This document shows, in pieces, positions 1 through 13,753 of a stretch of DNA of 64,000 nucleotides. Under the pieces are notes generated by a model that saw nothing but the letters and a program-made list of their open reading frames with translations, did no database searches and was not told where the DNA came from. Positions within the stretch are counted from its first letter, which is position 1. Each line of letters begins with the position of its first letter. Source of the DNA: Octopus sinensis (Eukaryota); the NCBI RefSeq assembly GCF_006345805.1, contig NC_043012.1, positions 56,172,001-56,236,000 on the forward strand, given 5' to 3'. Position numbers and translations under genes: made by a program.

Positions 1-165
1 TTGACAATATAACATTGCCAATATGAAATTATGACAAGCTATTATATTATACCAATGACCTAGTCTCTTATTTACCTAATAACAAAGAATGTAAAAGACA
101 TTTAATGTCGTATAGAAATGATCTTTTTTGCTTTCAAAATAACATATTTTCTTAATTTTTTGCAG

Positions 166-204
166 CTTGTATATCCAGGACATGTGAAATTAACAGAGAA
201 AGAG
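166..204 (+). CDS. DENND6: DENND6/FAM116 internal coding exon (LVYPGHVKLTEKE), 39 nt, phase 0-0
   Basis: Pyrimidine tract + TGCAG acceptor, GTAAGC donor. Peptide aligns with recalled human DENND6A VIYPQHSKLTDRE and joins in frame to the next exon. Confidence 0.9.
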
Positions 205-900
205 GTAAGCTTTAGTTATTTCCTTCTTTTGGCTTTATTGTTAGTTGAATGTCATCATAGTTAAAAATGTGTAAAGACATGCAGTATGAATTGTCATTCA
301 TGCTGTAGGCACTTTTGTATCTGTTTATGTGTATATGAGAAAACTACTTCAAATATTTTATTATGGCCCCGATTCACAGAACACTTGTTAATTTTGTGTT
401 GAATTTATTACTTGCAACAGATATGGGTACCCTTTCTGGGGACAGCAGGTCACATTTAAGTATATACTCATAACTTGAGTATACTCTGTAAAGTGGTTTG
501 CGTGAGGAACAGCATCCGGCTGTAGAAACCAAGCCAAAACTGACTAAGGAACCCTGTGCAGCCCCTGGCTTTGTCAGTTCCTGTCAATCCATCTAACCTA
601 TACCAGCATGGAAAACAGTCATTAAATGATGATGATGGTAATTGATCTACGCTATTAACGTAAAAGTGATTAGTGACATTTCATCTGACTTATTACAGCC
701 TGAGTTTAAATTTCACTGAAGTTTACTTAACCTTTTATGCTTTCAGTTGATAAAATAAGTACCAGTCAAGTACTGGGGTTAATAAAACTGGCTACCCCCC
801 CCCCACTAAAATTACTGGTTTTGTGCCAACATTTGGAATTATCAATTTGGGCCTTTAAAAGACCTCTTCATCATCATCATCATCATTATTATTATTATTA

Positions 901-1461
901 TTGAGTGAGAGAGCAGTGCATGCCATCAAAATGACACTGGGGTACAAATAAACAAAGCCCAATATACCCATCATGACTATGTGTCTGATAAGGGTACACC
1001 AGGCATATGCATCACAACCACATGTGCATGACATGGTGATCTCATATCAAGATAACTGTGCATGACCTTGCAGGAGGGGCCCAATTAGAATTTTCTTCAG
1101 GTTGAGTGACCCATTCCACTCAAAAGGTCTCTGAATAAGGGTTGTTTAAAGATGTTGAACATAACACCCATTTTTCTGGAGGTGAATTATCCAAACCCCA
1201 AAGAATTCCTTGCAACACATGGCTATGATGTTCCCCTACTATTTCTACTCGTGATCAGAGATGCACATATCGTCAGCCACTAAAGGACATGCTCAACTGG
1301 TTAAGGTAAAAAAAACCTGACAAGCAAATCATTGGTATTGAGCAGAATATTAGCTGTAGCCCATCTTTTATACCAAGACAAAACAGTGTACATGATAACA
1401 CTTCCAATCAGTTAAGATAAGAAGCCATGAGAGCCACTGCCTGGTAATGCATCAGGGCATT
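901..1461 (-). repeat. 560-bp interspersed repeat ending in (AAT)n, copy 1
   Basis: Homologous to 17939-18395 and 50870-51430; abuts (ATT)n at its left end. Confidence 0.85.
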
Positions 1462-2367
1462 TATTGTTATTATTATCATTATTATTATTATTATTGTTAT
1501 TATTATTATTAAGGTTGTGAGCTAGCAGAATTGTTAGCATGCTTGACAAAATGCTTGGTGACAGTTTGTCCATCTTTACATGCTGAGTTCAAATTCCGTT
1601 GAAGTGGACTTTACCTTTCGTCCTTTTGGGGTTGATAAAATAAACATCAGTTGAACACTGGGTCAATGTAATTAACTGTCTTCCTTCCCCAAAACTTTAG
1701 GCCTTGCGCTTATGAAAAAAAAGGATTATTATTATTATTATTATTATATATATATATGATGATGATGAATATAAATAAGACTTTGACAAATCAAGCATCT
1801 GGAACCTGATTTTAATTCAGGTCAGAAATGTGCTTCCTTTATTTTGCTTAATACTCTTTGGAATGAAATGAATGTGCTAATTTACCATAATTTCATTCTC
1901 TTTAAATCTGAGCTGCCATGCCTCTGTAACAAATCATTTATTTATATATTTGATTTATTTATTTATTAATTTTTACAGTGGGGATTTATTATTATTATCA
2001 TTTTATACTATGCTCACATGAGGTCTAACAGTTCAGAAAATGAAATATACTTTCAACATGAGAAATGCAATTCTCCTCCTCTTCTTCCATCTCTTCCTCA
2101 TCATCATCATCATCAGTACAGCATCATTATTATTGTTGAGGTAGATCTTCTAAGACTGAATATGCTAACCCTTGCTCTTTTTCCAAACACGATAATATTT
2201 CCCCAAGACCAAACATGTTTTCATAGAAGATGGAAAATGAAAGACACTGCTTGAATGACAGTGATGCTTATTTACAACCACTGCACAATGTGAAAACAAG
2301 GAGACACAAGCACACAATATATGTGCATGTGTGTGTTTGCTGTTTGGTAAGAAGTTTGTGATAAGAA

Positions 2368-2598
2368 GGCAGTGAGCTGGCAGAAACATTAGCATGCCGG
2401 GCGAAATGCTTAGCAGTATTTCGTCTGCCGTTACATTCTGAGTTCAAATTCCACCAAGGTTGACTTTGCCTTTCATCCTTTCGGAGTTGGTAAATTAAGT
2501 ACCAGTTACGCACTGGGGTCGATATAATCAACTTAATCCGTTTGTCTGTCCTTGTTTGTCCCCTCTGTGTGTAGCCCCTTGTGGGCAGTAAAGAAATA
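2368..2598 (+). mobile_element. tRNA-derived SINE family 2, inserted in the head of a family 1 copy
   Basis: GAGCTGGCAGAAAC head, GAGTTCAAATTCC B box, GCCTTTCATCCTTTCGG core, TAAAGAAATA end. Confidence 0.85.
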
Positions 2599-3231
2599 AG
2601 GAAGTTTACTTCCCAACCACGATTCCATGTTCAGTCCCTGCATGACACTTTGGGCAAGTGTCTTTTACTATAGCCCTGGATCGATTAAAGACTTGTGAGT
2701 GGATTTGGTAGACAGAAACTGAAAGAGGGCCCAATATATATATGTGTGTGTTTGTCCCACACACACACACTGCTTGACAACCATTGTTGGTGTATTTATG
2801 CTTCCATAACTTAGCACTTCAACAAAAGAGACGAACAGAATATCAGCATCTATTCAGACGCTGATGTTGCAAATAGCCAGCAGGCTTAATAAAAACTATT
2901 AGCTATGGAAGCAGTATTAATTAGGTGTTCTAACAAGGCATCCGTGTTGAGTTGGATATAATGACATACATACATGCATGCACGCATACAATAGGAGTCT
3001 TTCGGTTTCCATCTCCCTAATCCACTCATAAGAAAGAACATTCAGCCATAAAATCTATTCCATAACAGACATTGACGTTTGAAGCAGATCCTGTAGAACC
3101 GTCCGAGCCTGTGGTAGAAGACACTTGCCCCAAGGTGCCACACAATGGGACTGAATCCAAAACCATATGGTTAAAAGTACATTTCTTAATTGCACTTCCA
3201 TGCTTGCTCCTACAGTTGCCCTTTTTGCAAT

Positions 3232-3617
3232 TAAGTAGCTTACTTACCAACCACATGGTTCCGGGTTCAGTCCCACTGTGTGGCACCTTGGGCAAATGTC
3301 TTCTACTATAGCCTCAGGCTGACCAAAGCCTTGTGAGTGGATTTGGTAGACGGAAACTGAAAGAAGCCTGTCGTATATATGTATATGTATATATATATGT
3401 GTGTCTGTGTTTGTCTCCCCAACATCGCTTGACAACCGATGTTGGTGTGTTTACGACTCCGTAACTTAGCAGTTTGGTAAAAGAGACTGGTAGAATAAGT
3501 ACTAGGCTTACAAAGAATAAGTCCTGGGGTCGATTTGCTCGACTAAAGGCGGTGCTCCAGCATGGCTGCAGTCAAATGACTGAAACAAGTAAAAGAGTAA
3601 CAGAGAGTAAGAGTAAA
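3232..3617 (+). mobile_element. tRNA-derived SINE family 1 (CORE-like, possibly octopus OR2 type)
   Basis: B box GGTTCAGTCCC, ACCTTGGGCAAGTGTCTT, internal TA/TG tract, GAAACAAGTAAAAGAGTA tail; head-to-head with a partial inverse copy at about 3001-3200. Confidence 0.85.
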
Positions 3618-4611
3618 GTGACACAAACCTTTTTTTTTTCTTCTTGGAGCTGTTGAACTGTGTAACAGTTTCAAGTAAGCTTCTATCTAAGACTTCCTTG
3701 TTCTTGAAACCAATCCAGTAGTGTCTTTTAGAAGTGTACAATTGCGTTTGACCAGTGCATTTGTGTTTGTTTGTTTTGGGGGCAGGGGATGAGTTTCTGC
3801 TATTATTATTATTATTATTGGCTGACCTAATTTTGCTGCTGCATGAAGCAAATAGTCCCATGCCCTGCCCAAAACCATCATGATGGCTGTAGTAATACAA
3901 GGTGGGAACAACATGCATGACTCATCAAAGAGGCATGCAATACAAACATATGACTATCAAAACATCCATTTTCTTTTTTTCTTTTCACTAAATAACATGA
4001 GAAATCCCATCACTGTAAAATGTCCTCACTGTTGTTATTCATTTTCTCTCTGTTCTTGAATCCTATACACAGATTATATTTGAGGTTGCTGCTGGCATTT
4101 TTTTGTCTAACCCTAGATCAGTCTTTTCGCTACATTTGGTATGGCTTTTCTAATTGTGCTACCAATCCACTTCCACTTTTTCTTAAATATTTGCTCCCTA
4201 ATTGAAACTTTACTGTGGAATCCGGATGGATATAGAAAGAAAGGTAAAAATAGCTGTTAAAATCGAACTGCACCCTTCAAAACATGCACTAAAAATAAGG
4301 ATAAAGTAAAATTACTACCTGCAAGTTGATGCAGGTAGTTTATCCTGTCCCCCTCCAACTTTTAGTTCATGCAATTGTAAAAACCACATTATCTACGGGT
4401 TGACGCGATATTTACTTTTGTTCTACTTTGTAATAGCATTGTATAGTATTAGGTATCAAAGTCCTTCGCTGTGCATTTCTTACCAAGTCACGGATACTCT
4501 TTTCCGTGACTGTCAGCGACTAAGGTCACGTATGTACAACAAAATATTTTGATAGTTAATAATATATGAATATAATCTTAAAATATAGCAATAATGGTAT
4601 ACAATGGTTTG

Positions 4612-4830
4612 AAGGTGGCGAGCTGGCAGAAACGTTAGCATGCCGGGCGAAATGCGTAGCCGTATTTCATCTACCGTTACGCTCTGCGTTCAAATTCTGC
4701 CAAGGTTGACTTTGCCTTTCATCCTTCCGGGGTCGATAAATTAAGTACCAGTTATGCACTGGGGTCGATGTAATCAACTTAATCTGTTTGTCCCCTCTGT
4801 GTTTAGCCCCTTGTGGGTAGTAAAGAAATA
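4612..4830 (+). mobile_element. SINE family 2 with perfect 16-bp TSD
   Basis: GGTATACAATGGTTTG at 4596-4611 and 4831-4846. Confidence 0.92.
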
Positions 4831-5352
4831 GGTATACAATGGTTTGTGTTTTGATCCTTTAGCATTCAGATTATTCTGTCAAATGTAATATTCATATTGT
4901 TTTGAATTAACCATGCATTGTCTTGTCACTTTGAGATATAAGTATGATTGTTTAATTTTAGGATGACGTTGTAGGGTAGATGTAAGAGGCCAGTTTGAAC
5001 ATAAAACAGAATATTTCAGCCTAATATGGCTGGTTTAAATGCCCGAGATGGCTATCTTTCATGATTCTTCCCTAGTGCAAAATAAGTTTTATGTATATAA
5101 TAGGTGCCGTTGTGGCTGTGTAGTTGAGAAACTGGCTTTCTAACCATGTGGTCTTGGGTTCAGTCCCACTGTGCAACACCTTGAGTATGTGTCTTCTGCT
5201 ATAGCCCCTGGCTGACAAAAGACTTGCAAGTGAATTTGATTGACAAAAACTGAAAGAAACCCATCACGTGTTTGTGTGTATGTGTGTGTGTATACCCTTG
5301 TCATGATATCACATGATGGTTGTAAACAAGCTTCACCATCATACAAGTGAGG

Positions 5353-5539
5353 TTCCAATTCTATTTTTAAGAGATGAGGAATTATGTACATTATTTACAA
5401 TTGACGGATATTTGTCCTCATCTTGTTTGTTGTTAACTCAACGTTTCGGCTGAAGGCTGGAGGGTATATCAGCCGAAACATTGTGTTAACAAACAAGATG
5501 AGGACAAATATCCATCAATTGTAAATAATGCAAATAATG
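5353..5539. mobile_element. Fold-back insertion with hammerhead-like core (Penelope-like terminus)
   Basis: About 62-65 bp inverted arms around AGGCTGGAGGGTATA; 11-bp direct repeat TACAAGTGAGG at 5342-5352 and 5540-5550. Confidence 0.7.
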
Positions 5540-6635
5540 TACAAGTGAGGCTGTTCATTTCCAGTCTTCCATGGAAAACTGGTCTGGCCATAAGGAGATA
5601 TCATTATATATTATATAACCTTTTAAACAGGTGAGGATTGGCAGCAAGGAGGGCAAATAGCATCCAGTTGTCAAATTGAAGCAGTAATGGATAGTTTAAA
5701 AAGTTGAAATTCTAATTTATTTTTTACCCTCTTTACTCAACAATGTAGTGACTCATTGCCTGCTTTTTTTTTTTACACTTCAGTTTCAGTGTTTCATGTA
5801 AACTACAAGATTTTATATTATAACCAAGATAGTCAAAAAGTTCTTTTTATTTGTTTGTGGCCTGCTTATTGGTACACTGTCTCAAAATGATGATTAAAAA
5901 TGTAGTAGAAAAAAAGACTTCAGTACTTATTAACTACCGGTTAATAAGTTCCGTACAAGTTAATTTTTCCTACTTATCACTTGTTAACTGAAAATTCACA
6001 AAGCTGAAGGTACAAATGACAAAACAAAGCCATGTAAGATGCTTCGTTAGCATCCATATGGAAATAATAGAATAATAATGAATTGAACCAAATATGAAGG
6101 TGTCAAGTAAGGGAGTCCGTGATTTACCACCTTTCGCCAATCAAATTTGGCCTTTGCTCAGCTAACAGGTGTGTTCATCTACACAGCCGTCATTTTTAGC
6201 CAATACAGCTTGAGTTATGTACAAATTTGTTTAAATAAATTTATTCAGAAATACTTTTTTTTTTCTTAACCATAGAAAATTCTCATAAACATATAAAATC
6301 ATTAATCAAAAACTTGAAAAGTAAGAACTACCTGTATATGAAAAGGAATAATTGAATATTTCTTTGTGTTTTTATAAGGAGAAAAGAGACGGTGCCTATG
6401 AACTCTCTACCAGTTCTCTTTGAGTGGGGACATCACTGCAACTGTTAGGGCTACGCCCACAGAGGAAATGTGAGCAGAAGGGAACAGCATCTGGTCCAAA
6501 GGCTTAAGACAAAGTGACCTCCACAAAAGACACTAAGAACCAAGTAGTCCTGTTAAATCAAGCAGTGTATTAGGTCTGCCAACTCTTATGTGTTTATTAA
6601 ATGATCAGTATGGCTATCCTAAAATATAATACACA

Positions 6636-7165
6636 CTCATTACCTATTTCTCTATCTTTGATCGCATTGTTTACATAGACATAGTCATATATTATAAAAC
6701 TTTCAATGCTGGCTCTAAGTTCTATTGCAAATGTATAGAGATAACTTAAAAGTGATTGAATCACACTGCAACACAAAATGTATGACACAGTATTTAACTA
6801 TTAAACCCTTAATATACTTGGTGGTATATTATGTTTGCAAAACAAAATGCGGTGTCCCTATCCGCAATTAATATGTATGGTCCAGTTGCCGGGAATGTGT
6901 TCAATATGTAAATGGGTCTATCCAATAGTGTTACTCCGCTAAACTTAGCAGCTATTTAAGCAACATGTTCATGGATGGTTAATGGGTGTTAATGGGTTGC
7001 ATGTGATACCAAAAAAAGAGCAATAACTCCCAAAACATCCATATACACGCATTACCTATTTTTCCATCTTTGATTGCATTGTTTACATATTCATATACAA
7101 AACATTAACTTTCAGAGCTGGCTCTAAATTCTGTAGAAAATCTGTAAACATAACTTAAAAATAAT
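6636..7165. repeat. Unclassified repeat X, partial tandem (period about 412 bp)
   Basis: 6638-6760 repeats at 7050-7160; the whole unit is homologous in reverse to 57795-57900 and 58310-58592. Confidence 0.7.
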
Positions 7166-8286
7166 ATATTACACCATCTATATATACATGTATATGAGAG
7201 AGTATGTGTGTGTACTACATTCATTGATCTTCCATAGCTACTGACAAAATGAAATCAGGTTTCCATCATGAATTGTAAAAGCGATTTTCTACATACTGTG
7301 AAGATAGAATACCTTTGTCACAAAGGAATATATTAATTACTTAACCAGTTACTTGGCATGTTTGACATTATCCTGTTAGTTGACATTGTTATACATATTC
7401 ATCTTCCTAAATAACAGTCCTTATCTACCAATTCAAGTACACCATTAGGTACACATTAGTAACCTTTAGAGGAAGGAATTTTGTATTGTTGTTTAGCCCT
7501 GGGTCATTTTTGATTGGACAGAGTTATTTATGATCAAAAGTGTTCCTTGGTTCTCTTGTCCTCCTTGGGGGTTTGCTCTGGCACCTGCTTGTATCCTCTT
7601 TTGCTTCTTGAGGGTTTGTGCTAGTATCCCATCACCATTGTCTAATCTTCTCTCCAGCTACTCTCACTCGCCTTATATAATACAAGGTAGCTGTATATCT
7701 TCACTATAGCAAGATATCTGTGCTTGTCCATCTATCCTTCTTTAACTACCTCCTGAACACCTGGCACAAAGCCACCCCTCCTCCCTCTCAAATACTTCCA
7801 TACCCACACTTAGCCGAGAGGACTTTTTCATTTTCTAATTTTTTTCCCTGTCTTGCAAGTTACTTAACCCCACCACTCATACCACTGGCATGTAAAAACA
7901 AAAAATCACCAGTACCTACTGTAATGTGGTTGGTATTAGGAATGGCATCCAGCCATAGAAACTATGTCAAAACTAACAATGAAGCACATTGCAGCCCTTT
8001 GGTTCACCAGATACAATCAAACCATCCAACCCATGCTAGCATGGAAAACAGATGTTTATTGATGATGATTATATAGGATCATATTATATGAAGTGTCCTT
8101 CCCTAAATAGTAGGGTATGATTTATCCTGATTGACCACAGTATATCTAATGAATATCATGCACTGTGAGTGCACTATAGAGTTATGGTAAGCTGTCAGTA
8201 AACCAAATCTGCAATATGGGCCTAATTCCCAGTGAAGACCTTTTCACTTCACTCTGATTTTCATCTGTAATCAATAGTCTGTAGGC

Positions 8287-8550
8287 CAGTGGCTCTCAAC
8301 CAGGGTCCATATGGCCCTTGGTGGGGTCACTTAAGATTTTGTTGTTAAAGTTCTTGTGCAATGAATTGGTTATACTACAACGCACAAAATATTTTAACAG
8401 TTTTTTTCATACAATTCTATGAAATAGTTAATTATAAAAATATAATTTTTATTTTTTATTTTTATTTTAACACTGAATGGTTATGGAGGTCCAGTTGAGT
8501 AAAACAGGAATTAAAGGTGTCCACAGGCAAAAAATGGTTGAGAGCCACTG
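8287..8550. mobile_element. hAT-like MITE
   Basis: Perfect 15-bp TIR CAGTGGCTCTCAACC...GGTTGAGAGCCACTG; 8-bp TSD not recognisable. Confidence 0.7.
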
Positions 8551-9897
8551 CCATACACAGTTGAACATTGTCAGGTTAACTTACTATAAACACACTGCAT
8601 ATAAAGGAAACCTTCAGTGGTGGTCACCTTTATGTACCACAATATGTTGCATGGGTTTAATCTATTATGAGTGTTAGTTTCTTTGTCAATTTAACTGAGA
8701 TTGCATTACATCTATCACTTCCCTTGTGAACATATTGGTTTCATGGGTTTTTTTTCATTGTCATTTTTTCCTGGAGTCTTATTTTGTTACTTCCTGTTAT
8801 TGAATTGTTCATCAAATCCTTAACTATAATTACATACAATCTTGTTTTTTTGCTTTTTTTTCTCCACCCTCCTCCTTTTACTTTCTGATTCTGCTTAAAA
8901 ACTCGGTTATCTACAGGCAGCAGCTCATTTCAACACTCACTCCAAATTTTTGCTGTCATCATATACATAGTCTCTAACTCTAAAGTGTTTATCTTTACCA
9001 TATTTCTGTTGAAATACATGGCCTTTGTTTCAGTTAATTTTCAAAATAATGAAGAATTTAATAAAATTACTTCGTCGTTATTAAGCTGGTGTCTGAGAGA
9101 CATAAGTCATCCATGAAATTTTAATGGAATATTTTTCTTTAGATCACTTTAAAGCAAGCATTTTGTATGACAGAACCATGGGTGGTCTTGAGTTTGATGA
9201 AACTGGCCCTATGAGCCAGGCATGGCTCGAGAAGGAACAAACAACCTTTAAAATAATTTTAGCACAAAGATAAATATACTGAATTGGTTCTCAATGCTTG
9301 TGTGTTTAAGTCATTTTACACTTTCTCTTTTCTTGGCTCATCTCTATATTTCAACATGTTATCTTCTATTAATTGTTCTCTTACAGAAGTGAAATGACTG
9401 AAGATGACTTATAGAATTTAGATTTTGAGTTTGGTTATAGTTGAAGCATTTTGTTGTGGATTAACCGCAGAAAAGCCCAGCCCTCAGAGAACAAACTTAC
9501 AACCAAGACATTCTATCCATGACCATTCTGTCTTGTTTTCATAAACTGGTGTGCCCTTCCTTTTTACAAGATAGTAAGATGGTGATTGCTTAAATTATTG
9601 TCCACTTCAAAAATACCACCTGTTCCCTGCCTGCCTTCAGTAGAGCTCATTAGGTTGCAATTGTTTAGGCTGGGTCTCAAGTCTGAGTACAACTCCCCTA
9701 CTTTTAGCATTCTTAGAGACTTTGAAAAGGACACGGATACTGCCCTTATTCTTCTGAATGAGGGGGATTTGGGTACTATTCCTAGTAGAATGAGTTACCA
9801 CTTCATATTTTGTTGGTCAACATAAGTGGGCAAGTGTCTTCTACTATAGCTTTGGGCTGACAAAAGTCTTGTGAGAAGTTTTGATAGACAGAAACTA

Positions 9898-10128
9898 AAA
9901 GGTGGCGAGCTGGCAGAAACATTAGCACACCAGGCAAAATGCTTAGTGGTATTTCGTCTGCCGTTACGTTCTGAGTTCAAATTCCGCCTTTGTCAACTTT
10001 GCCTTTCATCCTTTTGGGGTCGATAAATTACCAGTTGCATACTGGAGTCGATGTAATCGACTTAATCCCTTTGTCTGTCCTTGTTTGTCCCCTCAATGTT
10101 TAGCCCCATGTGGGCAATAAAGAAATAA
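9898..10128 (+). mobile_element. SINE family 2 inside a family 1 remnant
   Basis: AGAAACTAA duplicated on both sides. Confidence 0.85.
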
Positions 10129-11380
10129 GAAACTAACAGAAGTCCATTGTGTATATATGTGTGTGTACCCTTCATTTTAACATCATGAATGATGGTTTAT
10201 AAACAAGCATCCCCACATCACACAGGCAATGTTTTTCGTTTCCAGTTTTCCATGAAAAACGCTTGACTATGGGAAATATTACTTTGCCTGGAAACAGATG
10301 AGGATTGGTGACAGGGAGGGCATTCAGCCATAGAAAACCTGCCTCAACAATTCTGTCTGACCTATGAAAGCATGGAAAAGTGGACACAATGATGATGATG
10401 ATGATGATGATGATTGTTGTTGTTGTTGCTGTTATTATACATTGCTCCATTAACTTAGTCATTGAGAATACCTGACCATCAGAATATGTTACTGCCATAG
10501 ATAGATCTACTGTCCATGCAGAGATATGCTTTTTGTCCAAATATACTACCATCAATCCAGTGCTCGCCATTAGCCGTTTTATGCTTCTGAATGTTGCGAA
10601 GATATTTATTGATTGCCAAATGATCATATTGGTTTTAAATTTTGGCACAAGGCTAGCAATTTTGGGTGGGTGTCAGGGTGTGTAAATTGATTACATCAAC
10701 CCTCGGTGCTCAACTGATATTTATTTTATCAACTCCAAAAGGAATGAAAGTCAAAGTCGACCACAGCAGAATTTGAACTCTGAAATTAAAGACAGGTGAC
10801 ATGCCACTACGCACTCTGCTTGATGTGCAATCAATTCTGCCAGCTCATATAACCACCTCTCTCACCTTTTTCATATTACAATTGGACAATACAGCACACA
10901 TACTGTGGCCCCCTGGTGCGTAACAGATGCAATAATTATATTGGTTAAACACTCATTAATTTATATAATAAATATTAACTAATATGGTAAGTATGGCTAT
11001 TATTCACCTCCACTTGAAATTGAAACTTGTATTATGTACTATTACTTTGTGAGGTTGTTGACCTTCACATAGAGAGTGATCACTGGTGAAACTGGATTGG
11101 CCAGTGTTGAGTGTACTTGCATAACATCTCGTGCATTGTGAAACACTCTTTGCAGTTAGATGGGAAGTCTTCTACAGAGTTACTCTTACTCAGTTGTTGG
11201 ATTGCAGCCATACTGGAGCACTACCTTGAAGGATTTTGTCAAACAAATTGTCCCCGGTACTTACTTTTAATCTGGTACTTATTTTATTGGTCCCCTTTGC
11301 TGAACTGCAAAGTTACAGGGATATAAACAAACCAATACCAATTGAAAACAGTGGTGATAGACAAAAACAAGGCACTTATA

Positions 11381-11580
11381 TCTATTATATAAAATCTGTT
11401 CTGTCTGTCTGTGTGTGTGTCTTCTAGGATCTTGGGCATCCTCCATCCGATTGCACTCAAATTTGATATGTAGATACCAACGGTATCAGGGCATGTATAA
11501 GTCTTGCAAAAATTACAAAAATTGATTCCAAGTGAGAGTGCAATTGATAAAATCGTGGGAACGTCCATTTGTAAAATCGT
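11381..11580 (+). mobile_element. Probable Helitron-type 5' end fragment
   Basis: A|TCTATTATATAAAA followed by CTGTCTGTCTGTGTG, similar in style to the start of the 18858 element; no 3' end found. Confidence 0.45.
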
Positions 11581-11788
11581 TTTTCTTGGAATAGAAAAGA
11601 AGTCTATCTTTATTTCTTCTTTTGCTGGTGTCTCACATTTAGGTTAAATCAGTGTTTCTCAAAGGGGTGGCCTATAGGACAGTCGGACAAGTTGTTTTGA
11701 GAAAATTTGGTTCAAATGTTTGACAACTCAGCACTGTCCATTGGACGGGGGACATTTTGCTCGTGTATTTGTTTTTAATTTTAATTTG

Positions 11789-11820
<32 letters not shown>

Positions 11821-12789
11821 AGACACACACACACATGCATATGAATATGCACAAGTTGGTGTTCAGTGGGACCAAGTCTAAAACAATGTTTGCAAAGTGA
11901 ACTTCTTAACCACACAGCCTTACTCAAACTGTTAGAAACAGCAGCTAAATTTCTTTCAAATAAAATCCTATTGTCTTAATGAAGGAAAGGGCTTTTAAAT
12001 AATCTAGTCCCCAATACCCCATAGTGATCATAGTTGAAGTATCTCTGATCATAGGCCCCATATGGACAGATCTGATCTGGGGTCTAAACATCAGTTGGTA
12101 GAATCATTAGAGTATCAAACAAAATACCTTTGCAGTATTTATTTCAGTTGCTTACTTTCTGAGTTCAAATCCTGCTGAGGTTAACTTAGCCTTTTATTCT
12201 TCCAGGGTCAATAATTGGTCCAGAAAAAAATGAATCTTGGATGGTGGACTGGTAGAATTCTTAGAGCACTGGATGGGAGGTCATGCAATATTTGTTCATG
12301 CATTTCATACTCTGATTTCAAATCCCACAATGATTTACTTGGGTGGTTAGTTCACATTACTCTGTAAGGAGCATAGGGCTGGTTTCTCTGGCATATATAT
12401 TCCTTTCTGAACAGGACACTAGTCCATCTGAGGATTACTCATTTTTACCAGCTGGAAGGACTGGAGTAACATGAAATGAAGCATCTTGCTCAAGAACACA
12501 ACACATCACTCGGTTTAGGATTCAAAACCACAATCTTATGATCATGGGTCCAATGCCCTAACCACTAAGCCATGCAGCATGATTTACTTGAGTTGTAGAC
12601 TTGATTTACTACAACCTGGCACTTTTAAATCCCGCCATGACCTACTTAGGTGGTAAACTTAATTTGTGACCTTGTTTAATATCACCACATAGCACTTTCC
12701 GTGCCTTTAAGCATTCAATCAAGGTTTTCAATTTGAAGATATCTTCCTTGCACATCCTCCCAATAACAGAAGCCCTGGCATCCATGCTA

Positions 12790-13235
12790 GTGGAGCACCA
12801 AGAGTACCATCCAAGCATGATCGTTGCCAGAGCAACAAACTGGCTTCCGTGCCGGTGGCACGTAAAAAAGGCACCATTTGAGCGTGATCGCTACATGCAT
12901 CGCCTTACTGGCACTTGTGCTGGAGGCACATGAAAAAACATTCGAGCGAGGTCGTTGCCAGTGCCGCTGGACTGGCTCCTGTGCAGGTGGCATGTAAAAA
13001 ACACCATTTGAGCATGGCCATTGCCAGTACCACCTGACTGGCCCTTGTGCCAGTGACACCTAAAAGCACCCACTACACTCTCGGAGTGGTTGGTGTTAGG
13101 AAGGGCATCCAGCTGTAGAAACTCTGCCAGATCAGATTGGAGCCTGGTGCAACAATCTGGTTCGCCAGTCGTCGGTCAAATCGTCCAACCCATGCTAGCA
13201 TGGAAAGCGGACTTTAAACAATGATGACGATGACT
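12790..13235 (+). mobile_element. Dispersed RTE 3'-tail fragment (GGTGGCAC repeat family)
   Basis: About 60-bp internal repeats then CCAACCCATGCTAGCATGGAAAGCGGAC..(GAT)n, as in 30700-31003. Confidence 0.8.
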
Positions 13236-13722
13236 GTCTCCTCTCCTGACTGACTATAAAGTAAAATAGGATCCTAGTAGTTCATTCATAATTTTATGTT
13301 ACTAGCAAACTTTGTTGCAATCATTTTTACCTTTTCTTTATTACTATTTTATTCTCCATTTTTACTTATGACACATGTATCACTAAGAGATTTTGTCTTT
13401 CCATTCATCTGATACCACATTTTCAATATAACCACCTCTCTCTCCTTTTTTTTTTTTTTACTTTCTTTTCTTTCCATTTGTCATTTTATGTTAGGTAACA
13501 AGTTGATTAACCGGTTTTTCTGTTGTAAGAATTACAGTTCACTTCATTCCCAAAAACTTTGAAAACACTCCTTTAATGTTTGAATGTCATTGGTATAAAC
13601 CAGTATGTACACTACTACTATTACTATTACACCAGACTAGACTAGTTGTACTGGCATAAATGTTAAAATACCTTATCTGACATTAATAAACCATTTCAAG
13701 CTATATTTGAAGTTTAGCATTC

Positions 13723-13753
<31 letters not shown>

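Noticed and set aside
6375-6590. Unique GC-richer segment after TTTATAAG as a possible exon
   Set aside because: All three forward frames stop early and no good donor follows.
10172-10648. 158-aa minus-strand ORF and an alternative frame QYDHLAINKYLRNIQKHKTANGEHWIDGSIFG
   Set aside because: The ORF is stitched from SINE tails and a trinucleotide repeat; the other frame has stops, no splice signals and no recognisable family.
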